Position numbers and translations under genes: made by a program. Shown here one piece after another: positions 9,669-21,600 of a stretch of DNA of 64,000 bases. Under the pieces are notes generated by a model, which did no database searches, was not told the origin of the DNA, and saw only the letters and a list, made by a program, of their open reading frames with translations. This DNA comes from Ranitomeya imitator (Eukaryota). The stretch spans positions 7,998,001 to 8,062,000 of the forward strand of contig NC_091291.1 of the NCBI RefSeq assembly GCF_032444005.1, in the 5' to 3' direction. Position 1 is the stretch's first letter; each line of letters opens with the position of its first letter.

Positions 9669-12600
9669 TTAGAAGCGGCCGTGTCGGTGCCTCGGTGAGC
9701 GCGAGCGGCGGCGGCCACCAGCATCTCTGTTGTTGTGCCGAGGCCTGTCGGGGAAGCGCTTTGGCGAGTGATGTCTGGGCGGAGATCCGGCCCTGGCCCT
9801 GTAATGGAGAACACGTACAGAGGCGTGAGGTCACGAATTAGGTTATCTGCAACAAATCTCAGAATTATCTGCCGAATCCTGCGACTGGGGAGCAATCCTG
9901 ACCACAGGGTCCAAAGACATCGGCCATCAATAATCCCAGGAGTACGTGCACACTAAGGCATCAGAAGTGAAACACACAAGTTTTTGAGGGGGGACTTGGA
10001 AGAGTTTTTATAAAAAAAACAAAAACAACCCCAAACCTCAGTGTGCACGTAGCCTTAAAGGGGTTGTCTACATCCGCTCGCTCACACATTGACATTAACC
10101 CCTTCCTCATGTGTGACATTACACCCTACGTTCAGTCCTTAGGCATCTGCACTGGGCAATCATTGTGCTGGTATCGCAGGGTGCTGATGGGGGTGGTTGT
10201 TATGGCAGGCGGGGTCCTGGGGATCAGCAGCTGATTACATAAAAGGTGTTACCCCCAAATGTATATTAGTTTTCCAGCCACATGACCTCGGGAGACAACA
10301 GGTGCCAGCCATGACGTGTTGTGTATCTGCCCTGTTGACCAGAATCTGACGTGCGCACGTCCAGGCAGGCGCTTGCCAACACCATCATCAGTGACTCTCA
10401 CCGCCCGATGAATGGAGAGGCACCGGGGAGCCCTCTAAGGGCAGGGAGGAAAATAGACTTTCCCTGCTATGATGTGTCCTTTTAGGGATCTCCCCACAAA
10501 GATGGTCGGGGGACCCCTCGCAGCCAGTGACCGTATATAGGAGCTCCGCTCCCATCTATCCGCAGACGTCCATCACACAGGACGGAGCCTCGGGTCCATC
10601 CAGGTACTCACTGTCGGTTACGGGCTCGGCCGTACAGCTGCCTCCGGAGCGCGCTGGAGATCGGCTTCAAATGCATAAAGTTGCAGAATCCGCCGCGGTT
10701 ACATTCACTGTCGGGGGAGAGAAGGACAAAACGTTACGGGTCAGAACGTCGGAGGTGAAGCAGGAGACTCGAGGAGCTGGCGGCACTCACCCCATCTCAT
10801 ACTGCCGGCAGCAGGACTCCCTGAAGTCTGTGACCGGCGACAGCTCGGCGTGGATCGCCTGCCCGTTGAACCAGCGGTTGTTCAGCTCCACCAGGGCACG
10901 TTCTGCGTCTTCCTCTCGGCGAAACTGTCAGATAAAAAAAAAAAGGGCGAAAGAATCAATGAAGGAGCGAAGTGAGGAACTGTGGGAAATAGAAGAGGTG
11001 GACGAGCGTCACCTCCCCGCCGGCAGCTTAATATAGCCGTGCCTAATCCGGTTTATGGTAAATAGGATTGGACACCGAGATCTGGGGCAGATGGACGAAG
11101 GAGACGCTGGACACAAACAGGTACTGAAGCCCCCGAATACAAATCGCTGATATATAGAATATATAATGCTAGTAGTGGGGGGCACACACATACCGTATAC
11201 ACTGACCAGGGGTGGGGGGCACACTGGACACAGGGAATATACACCCCGACCAGGGGCGGCTACAGGCCTTCAAGGAAACTGACTAGTCCCAGCCCATCAC
11301 TGACACTCAGACCCGCCAACAGGACCCCCCACTATTGCCAGAAGCCGTTATTCCTGTCTACATGCCACCATACATATACATTTCTCTTATACCCACAGGC
11401 TCAATGACACGGACAGAATATCAGTGCGGTGTTCACACTCCACCATTGCCCAACTCCACAGTCAGCATCACAATGGCCGATGCGGAGGGCTGCGACACAG
11501 ACAAAGGAGGCGGCCGGGAAGCTAACGGGCTGCGTTCTGGAATGGGGCAGCCCCCCAAGCAAGTTCTGGTTTTCCTTCCCCGACCCGCCACAGACACCGG
11601 TCGGTACCGAAGCTTTCCCCAGAAGGTGAGAAGCCTAAAATATTACAAAGCGAGAGACCTCAGAAATCCTACAAGATCATAAATGTTAATTGTCTCTCTC
11701 TGCAGCCAGAATGTGTGGTGGCACCAACATGTGCAGCAGAGCCGATAGCACCGCCGGCCTCTCCGCTGACACTCCCAGATATAATGCCACGCAGCGCCTA
11801 CAAACGTCACGTGAGCACTGCCGCCGTCGGACATTCCTACCCGATGCTGCCGCGACAAAGCGTCTGCATATCGGAGGATCTTCCCAAGTACCGCCGATCG
11901 TCCCTGAGAGATGGCGGAGCAGCCAGCGCTCGCTGGTACCCTCAGCAAGCCACCAGTGTGCCCGATATCACCCATGAACCTCGATACATTAACATTCAAC
12001 CACGTGGGTCGTTTTCTGCCCCCCTGACAGGACCCGAGCGACCGGCTAAACAACGGCGTAAGCTGATGGAAGCAGAACTCCACCAAGGCAAGACATCCAC
12101 CCGGCGGGAGCGGCAGAGGTACGTGGCCAAAGATGGCAAGTGCCAGGTCAACTTGGGCCGCATTCACGAAAAGGCTCGTTTCCTATCGGACATTTTCACC
12201 ACGATCGTGGACCTGAAGTACCGCTGGTTCTTGTTCGTCTTCATGATGTGCTACGTCGTCACGTGGCTGCTCTTCGCCACCATCTACTACCTGGACGCGC
12301 TCTTGCGCCAAGATTTGCTCCACCCGGATGACAAGAACTGGGCTCCTTGCTTCCAGAACGTGGACAGCTTCACAGCAGCGCTCCTCTTCTCCGTAGAAAC
12401 CCAGCGCACCATTGGCTACGGCTCCCGAATGGTGACCACCAACTGCCAGGAAGGCGTCTATCTCATAATGGCCCAGTCCATCGTGGGCTCCATGATCGAT
12501 GCCCTCATGGTGGGCTGCATGTTTGTCAAGATCTCGCGACCAAAGAAACGCGCGCAGACGCTGATCTTCAGCCGGAACTGCGTGGTCTGCCCGCGAGATG

Positions 12601-15600
12601 AAAAGCTTTGTCTCATGTTCCGCATCGGCGACCTCCGGGACAGCCACATGGTGGACGCCAAAATAAGGGCCAAGCTCATCAAGTCACGGCAGACGTGCGA
12701 AGGGGAATTCCTTCCTCTGGAGCAGTCAGAGATCAACCTCGGCTACGACACCGGAGAAGACCGACTGTTCCTGGTGGAGCCGCAGGTCATCTGCCACCTG
12801 ATCGACCACCATAGCCCCTTCTGGGAGATGGGGCCGCAGGAGCTGCTTCAGGAGCAATTCGAGATCATCGTCATATTGGAGGGGATCGTGGAGGCCACAG
12901 GCAAGTAGACAACCCCCCTCATGTGTCCCCCAATACAACCCTGCCCTCTGGGGTGTATGCATTATATATAGCGACCCCCCAACATCCAGCTCAGTCTCCA
13001 AACTGGGCAACAACTCGTTTTAACCCTCCCACTAGATCAGAACGGTAACCCCCATTACTGCAGGCAAGTTTATATTCACAGGTTATTGGGGGTGTTATTC
13101 ATATAGACATATTCCTGAAAGATACCACCAACTATGGTTTAAAGGGGTTGTCCGGGGCGACCATTTTGAGGAACCATCCTCCGGATAGGTCATCAATATC
13201 ATACGGGTGGAAGTCTGGTGGTCTGTACACCGTGTTTTCTGTACTGCTGTCGCAGCAACGGGCACTACACAGGGTATGAGATGGTGTTTTTCGAGTATCA
13301 TGTGACCCCTAACAGGAGATTGGTGGGAGCATCTGGTTCCTGACCCCTACTGATCTGATGTGGATGATCCATCACAATAACAGGCCATCAATATCATCCC
13401 CTTTAAATGATCCCAATGTAGATCACCATTGAGATCTCTGAGGGTCAGTTCAGGGGCCCCAGTATTGTAGTTGTACTTTGTTAGGACCCCCCCGTTTCAC
13501 ACGAATCCTTCTCCCTATCCCATCGCAGGGATGACTTGTCAAGCGAAAAGCTCCTACTTGGAAAATGAGATCATCTGGGGCCATCGCTTCGAGCCCTGCA
13601 TGACCCTGGAGAAGGGGGCCTTCCGGGTGGACTACAAGCGCTTCCACAAGACGTTCGAGGTTCAGCTTCCTCGCTGCAGCGCTAAGGAGATGGAGGAGAT
13701 AAAGGAGCTGGAGGGCTCGGAGGTCAGCTTCTACTGGGAGAACGGAGACTTCTTAACCGGCCGCAGACACACGATGACGGACAAGGGCGACGACGAGGAA
13801 GATGAGGAAACCCGGGAGGAACGCAGCGGAAGACTCATCGGAAACATCACCGAAGAGCACAGCTCCGAGTTCAACGGCAGCGACTACAACCTGTGAGTCA
13901 CCCTCCCCAGCGACGAACGCTCGGCGTCAGTAATTACATAGGGTGTAATGAGCGCAGCTCCGCTATAGACCGGGCTGCGCTATGTAGATTGTGAGCAGCA
14001 GAGGACGGAGACACCGCCGCGGACTGCGATATACATGGACTGGTTAGCATCAAAAGGAAAAATAAAGAATATTTTTTAATTAACTCTTAAATTTCTAGCA
14101 GGAGTGCAGTGTAGATCCCGACATCAACATTTGTGCAGCAGAATCTGGGGGTGTCCCATGCCACAGCGCTCACTAGGTCCCTTACTTTTTTTTTGTATTG
14201 GGTCTCCACCGTCCCATTTGCATGCCTAGTCCCCCCTCCAGTCCCTTCCCAAGCAGCAGCGAGACGTTACCTTGACGTAGACGTTTCCCACCAGGTGATC
14301 GCCGAGGTTGTCGCAGATATTCATCTCCTCGATCTCTCCGTATTTCTGCTCCACTTCGGTGAACACTTCCTGCGAGAGTGGAGAAATAATCAGACAAGGT
14401 CACGAAGCTGCAACTCCCCTGGCTTATACAGATAGTCGCTGACCGGACATGCTGGGAGCAGTAGTGTCACCAGCCTTAGATTACATGCACACACAAAGGC
14501 TTTTTCAGGCTGTTCTACTGTGTAACCTGCCTGAAAACGCGCATTAAAAAAAAAAAATGCTAAAAAAAATGGACATGTGCACTGCGACGTAAGAACGGCC
14601 CGCTGCTCATATGTCCAGGCTTCCAGTGAATAAGTGATCGGACCGATGTTCAGGCGGCTTCAGACCCCAATAGTTTATGATTAACACTAGGACTACTGGT
14701 ATAGTGATTTTGACTACTTACTTGCAGTAGTTCTAGTCAGGGTTCACGAGTCCAGTAGTCCTAGTGTTAAAAAACCCAAAACAATGAAAAGTTGCCGGCA
14801 TGCCCACAGGAGTCCTCCTCAGCCATAACTCAGTGGGTATAAAGCCTTAAGAAGGTCCCACTCACCTCAAAGAAGTCATCGTAATGTTCCTGCACCTCCA
14901 CATCACTGACGAGCGCTGCTTAAGAGAGAAGAGATGGAAATCATTGTCACTGCACACAAGGGGACGACACACCCAGAGACTACACAGATGGACGACCATC
15001 ACCGATCTATCCACAGGATAATTAATATTGGGAGACCCCTTTAAGAGTCAGGCCTGCAGAATATAAACTAAGTGACCCCCAGTTAGTGGGGTAGATGCAA
15101 CACTATTCTGCTTGTCCCTCGTAGTCGTGGCTGCAATTGCCCCCTCTACGTCAGCATTATTGGAGCCCACGTGGTCGGTCCCAGCCGCATTGGTTGCTGG
15201 GAGAGGCAATTCTTGTGGCCCCTTTCAGAGCAGGTACATTAGTATTATGATGGCGGGACTCACAGTGGGAGCCGTTGGCGCTCTGTGCCGTGTTCTGCGG
15301 GTTCCGGTAAAGGTTCAAGAGGACGATCGTCTGAAAGACAAAACTAAACAGTCAGCCGAGAAGATGCATTGTGTCTGAAATCACATCCTTATGCCGATGA
15401 GGGGCCAGAATGCCCCCGCTACCTCATCTTAAGGCACTACTTATTAAAGGGGAAGTCTATACACACTATTGCTGGGGTCCTAAAATGAAGCAACCACTGC
15501 GCTGTGTAAGACGCCCGAGCTCCTTTGTTGCTGCTCGGAGCTTTCTGAGTCCTGGGATTGTTCTTCATTCTGACCGACGTCTTCACTGTCGAGGGGGAAT

Positions 15601-18600
15601 CTCAGCTCAAATGTGACCGGATGTTACCAAACAAAGACCCCAAAACTACCACAGATGCCACCCTGCTATATACAGGTCCTTCTCAAAAAATTAGCATATA
15701 GTGTTAAATTTCATTATTTACCATAATGTAATGATTACAATTAAACTTTCATATATTATAGATTCATTATCCACCAACTGAAATTTGTCAGGTCTTTTAT
15801 TGTTTTAATACTGATGATTTTGGAATACAACTCCTGATAACCCAAAAAACCTGTCTCAAAAAATTAGCATATCAAGAAAAGGTTCTCTAAACGACCTATT
15901 ACCCTAATCTTCTGAATCAACTAATTAACTCTAAACACATGCAAAAGATACCTGAGGCTTTTATAAACTCCCTGCCTGGTTCATAACTCAAAACCCCCAT
16001 CATGGGTAAGACTAGCGACCTGACAGATGTCAAGAAGGCCATCATTGACACCCTCAAGCAAGAGGGTAAGACCCAGAAAGAAATTTCTCAACAAATAGGC
16101 TGTTCCCAGAGTGCTGTATCAAGGCACCTCAATGGTAAGTCTGTTGGAAGGAAACAATGTGGCAGAAAACGCTGTACAACGAGAAGAGGAGACCGGACCC
16201 TGAGGAAGATTGTGGAGAAGGAGCGATTCCAGACCTTGGGGAACCTGAGGAAGCAGTGGACTGAGTCTGGTGTGGAAACATCCAGAGCCACCGTGCACAG
16301 GCGTGTGCAGGAAATGGGCTACAGGTGCCGCATTCCCCAGGTAAAGCCACTTTTGAACCATAAACAGCGGCAGAGGCGCCTGACCTGGGCTACAGAGAAG
16401 CAGCACTGGACTGGTGCTAAGTGGTCCCAAGTACTTTTTTCTGATGAAAGCAAATTTTGCATGTCATTCGGAAATCAAGGTGCCAGAGTCTGGAGGAAGA
16501 CTGGGGAGAAGGAAATGCCAAAATGCCTGAAGTCCAGTGTCAAGTACCCACAGTCAGTGATGGTGTGGGGTGCCATGTCAGCTGCTGGTGTTGGTCCACT
16601 GTGTTTCATCAAGGGCAGGGTCAATGCAGCTAGCTATCAGGAGATTTTGGAGCACTTCATGCTTCCATCGGCTGAAATGCTTTATGGAGATGAAGATTTC
16701 ATTTTTCAGCACGACCTGGCACCTGCTCACAGTGCCAAAACCACTGGTAAATGGTTTACTGACCATGGTATTACTGTGCTCAATTGGCCTGCCAACTCTC
16801 CTGACCTGAACCCCATAGAGAATCTGTGGGATATTGTGAAGAGAAAGTTGAGAGACGCAAGACCCAACACTCTGGATGAGCTTAAGGCCGCTATTGAAGC
16901 ATCCTGGGCCTCCATAACATCTCAGCAGTGTCACAGGCTGATTGCCTCCATGCCACGCCGCATTGAAGCAGTCATTTCTGCCAAAGGATTCCCCACCAAG
17001 TATTGAGTGCATAACTGAACATTATTATTTGATGGGTTTTTTGTTTGTTATTAAAAAACACTTTTATTTGATTGGATGGGTGAAATATGCTAATTTATTG
17101 AGACAGGTTTTTTGGGTTATCAGGAGTTGTATGCCAAAATCATCAGTATTAAAACAATAAAAGACCTGACAAATTTCAGTTGGTGGATAATGAATCTATA
17201 ATATATGAAAGTTTAATTGTAATCATTACATTATGGGAAATAATGAAATTTAACACTATATGCTAATTTTTTGAGAAGGACCTGTACAACCCTGACTAAT
17301 ACACTGCTAAGTATGCATGAAAGTGATCACATGATCTCAGCCGCCCCACGATGCACAGAGCGTCCGCAGGTCGTCCGACCTGAACATCACAACCTCAGGA
17401 GGAGACCTGGGACCGATCCGTAATCGGGTGAGTGAGACCGACCTCAGAAGAGCAGAGATTTCTGAATTTTAGAGTTTTTAATTTTAAATGTACTATAGAG
17501 ACACCTATAGAAACCCACCACATATATAGCACCCCCCCCCCCCCAAATTCAGGGGGATTGTCCAGGTATGAGAGCAGGGTCCGCAATCACTGTCAAACCG
17601 GCGGTAACACCAGCCACCGTCACACCGGCAGTCACATGGCGGCACGCCTGCCACCGTCACACCGGCGGTCACATGGCGGCACGCCTGCCACCGTCACACC
17701 GGCGGTCACACGGCGGCACGCTTGCCACCGTCACACCGGCGGTCACACGGCGGCACGCTTGCCACCGTCACACCGGCGGTCACATGGCGGCACGCCTGCC
17801 ACCGTCACACCGGCGGTCACACGGCGGCACGCTTGCCACCGTCACACCGGCGGTCACACGGCGGCACGCTTGCCACCGTCACACCGGCGGTCACACGGCG
17901 GCACGCTGACTGGATGCAATAAATTTCTTTCCAGTCTGTTCTATAGGATGAAGCCAGAGGAGAAATTCACCCAGTAAAGCATTGGACGCCACGATTATGA
18001 CCCCATAATAGTCAGTAGGGTCCATCAGGTGCATCTGTGATATCTGTTGCCTAGGAACAAACACAAAGCCTAATTCCCTGCTGCAGACATGACTGGAGCC
18101 TAAAGCCCCAATGTGGGGGGCCGCATGGTGAGGTCGGGGAGAGAAGGATCAGATGTCTCCAATCTCTGAGTGACGATCCTGCTGCTCTCCAGGAGACAAG
18201 AAATGTCCGTTGTTGGCTCTCGTACAGAACACAGGAGCCGAGCGATCGCTTGACTGCTATCTGCTGTGTATGGGGCCCGCAGGTCACCTCCAGAAGAAAG
18301 TGTGCGGCCCCCAGGGTCCTCACCTGGCTGAAGGTGGGTTTGTTGTGGAGGCGGGAACAGCGGTCTCCGTGGCGACACGCTCCGATCTTGAAGTAAAAGG
18401 AACAGTTGACCCTGAAGAACAGACAAAGGGGAGACGGTTATAAAAAGGCCCAAATATCCAACTAATCCATCACTGGCCACAACACACAGGCGCTCCATAT
18501 ACTGAGTCTTGTCCTGGGCCCCGTGTCATCAGTGGCCTCTCTGTAGCCCACTCCCTCGCTCCTCAGGGGCCCCGTGCCAGCAGTGGCCCCCGTGCAGCTC

Positions 18601-21600
18601 ATTCTTGCCCTCCTCTGGGGTCCCGTGTCCTCAGTGGCCTCTCTGTAGCCCACTCTCTCCCTCCTCAGGGCCCCGTGTCATCAGTGGCCCCTCTGTAGCC
18701 CACTCTCTCCCTCCTCAGGGCCCCGTGTCATCAGTGGCCCCTCTGTAGCCCACTCTCTCCCTTCTCAGGGCCACGTGCCATCAGTGGCCCCTCTGTAGGC
18801 CGCTCTCTCCCTTCTCAGGGCCCCGTGCCATCAGTGGCCCCTCTGTAGGCCGCTCCCTCCCTCCTCCGGGGCCCCGTGTCATCAGTGGCCCCTCTGTAGC
18901 CCACTCTCTCCCTTCTCAGGGCCCCGTGTCATCAGTGGCCCCTCTGTAGCCCACTTTCTCCCTCCTCTGGGGTCCCGTGCCATCAGTGGCCCCTCTGTAG
19001 GCCGCTCCCTCCCTCCTCAGGGGCCCCGTGCCATCAGTGGCCCCTCTGTAGCCCACTCTCTCCCTCCTCTGGGGTCCCGTGTCCTCAGTGGCCCCTCTGT
19101 AGCCCACTCTCTCCCTCCTCCGGGGTCCCGTGTCCTCAGTGGCCCCTCTGTAGCCCACTCTCTCCCTCCTCTGGGGTCCCGTGTCATCAGTGGCCCCTCT
19201 GTAGCCCACTCTCTCCCTCCTCCGGGGCCCCGTGTCCTCAGTGGCCCCTCTGTAGCCCACTCTCTCCCTCCTCCGGGGCCCCGTGTCCTCAGTGGCCCCT
19301 CTGTAGCCCACTCTCTCCCTCCTCTGGGGTCCCGTGTCATCAGTGGCCCCTCTGTAGCCCACTCTCTCCCTCCTCAGGGGTCCCGTGTTCTCAGTGGCCC
19401 CTCTGTAGGCCGCTCCCTCCCTCCTCCGGGGTCCCGTGTCATCAGTGGCCCCTCTGTAGCCCACTCTCTCCCTCCTCAGGGGTCCCGTGTTCTCAGTGGC
19501 CCCTCTGTAGGCCGCTCCCTCCCTCCTCCGGGGCCCCGTGTCATCAGTGGCCCCCGTGCAGCTCATTCTCGCCGCCCTCCGGGCTCCCGTGCACTAAGTG
19601 GCCCCCGTGCAGCTCACTCTCGCCCACAGTGGCCCCTCTGCAGCCCACTCTCGCCCTCCTCTGGGGTCCCGTGTCATCAGTGGCCCCTCTGTAGCCCACT
19701 CTCTCCCTCCTCCGGGGCCCCGTGTCATCAGTGGCCCCTCTGTAGCCCACTCTCTCCCTCCTCAGGGGTCCCGTGTCATCAGTGGCCCCTCTGTAGCCCA
19801 CTCTCTCCCTCCTCAGGGGTCCCGTGTCCTCAGTGGCCCCTCTGTAGCCCACTCTCTCCCTCCTCAGGGGTCCCGTGTCCTCAGTGGCCCCTCTGTAGGC
19901 CGCTCCCTCCCTCCTCAGGGGTCCCGTGTCATCAGTGGCCCCTCTGTAGCCCACTCTCTCCCTCCTCAGGGGTCCCGTGTCATCAGTGGCCCCTCTGTAG
20001 CCCACTCTCTCCCTCCTCTGGGGTCCCGTGTCATCAGTGGCCCCTCTGTAGCCCACTCTCTCCCTCCTCAGGGGTCCCGTGTCATCAGTGGCCCCTCTGT
20101 AGCCCACTCTCTCCCTCCTCAGGGGTCCCTTGTCCTCAGTGGCCCCTCTGTAGCCCACTCTCTCCCTCCTCTGGGGTCCCGTGTCATCAGTGGCCCCTCT
20201 GTAGCCCACTCTCTCCCTCCTCAGGGGTCCCGTGTCATCAGTGGCCCCTCTGTAGCCCACTCTCTCCCTCCTCAGGGGTCCCGTGTCCTCAGTGGCCCCT
20301 CTGTAGCCCACTCTCTCCCTCCTCAGGGGTCCAGTGTCATTAGTGGCCCCTCTGTAGCCCACTCTCTCCCTCCTCAGGGGTCCCGTGTCCTCAGTGGCCC
20401 CTCTGTAGCCCACTCTCTCCCTCCTCAGGGGTCCCGTGTCCTCAGTGGCCCCTCTGTAGGCCGCTCCCTCCCTCCTCAGGGGTCCCGTGTCCTCAGTGGC
20501 CCCTCTGTAGGCCGCTCCCTCCCTCCTCAGGGGTCCCGTGTCCTCAGTGGCTCCTCTGTAGGCCGCTCCCTCCCTCCTCAGTGGCCCCTCTGTAGCCCAC
20601 TCTCTCCCTCCTCAGGGGTCCCGTGTCCTCAGTGGCCCCTCTGTAGGCCGCTCCCTCCCTCCTCAGGGGTCCCGTGTCCTCAGTGGCCCCTCTGTAGGCC
20701 GCTCCCTCCCTCCTCAGGGGTCCCGTGTCCTCAGTGGCCCCTCTGTAGGCCGCTCCCTCCCTCCTCAGGGGTCCCGTGTCCTCAGTGGCCCCTCTGTAGC
20801 CCACTCTCTCCCTTCTCAGGGGTCCCGTGTCCTCAGTGGCCCCTCTGTAGGCCGCTCCCTCCCTCCTCAGGGGTCCCGTGTCATCAGTGGCCCCTCTGTA
20901 GCCCGCTCTCTCCCTGCTCAGGGGTCCCGTGCCATCAGTGGCCCCTCTGTAGCCCACTCTCTCCCTCCTCCGGGGCCCCGTGTTCTCAGTGGCCCCTCTG
21001 TAGCCCACTCTCTCCCTCCTCAGGGGTCCCGTGTTCTCAGTGGCCCCTCTGTAGCCCACTCTCTCCCTCCTCTGGGGTCCCGTGTCATCAGTGGCCCCTC
21101 TGTAGCCCACTCTCTCCCTCCTCTGGGGTCCCGTGTCATCAGTGGCCCCTCTGTAGCCCGCTCTCTCCCTCCTCAGGGGTCCCGTGCCATCAGTGGCCCC
21201 TCTGTAGCCCACTCTCTCCCTCCTCCGGGGCCCCGTGTTCTCAGTGGCCCCTCTGTAGCCCACTCTCTCCCTCCTCAGGGGTCCCGTGTTCTCAGTGGCC
21301 CCTCTGTAGCCCACTCTCTCCCTCCTCAGGGGTCCCGTGTCCTCAGTGGCCCCTCTGTAGGCCGCTCCCTCCCTCCTCCGGGGCCCCGTGTCATCAGTGG
21401 CCCCTCTGTAGGCCGCTCCCTCCCTCCTCCGGGGTCCCGTGTCATCAGTGGCCCCTCTGTAGCCCGCTCTCTCCCTCCTCTGGGGTCCCGTGTCATCAGT
21501 GGCCCCTCTGTAGCCCACTCTCTCCCTCCTCAGGGGTCCCGTGTCATCAGTGGCCCCTCTGTAGCCCACTCTCTCCCTCCTCAGGGGTCCCGTGTCCTCA

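Noticed and set aside
11404-13896. Assigning a specific KCNJ symbol
   Set aside because: The sequence mixes GIRK1-, GIRK2- and Kir2-like residues, so a phylogeny is needed.
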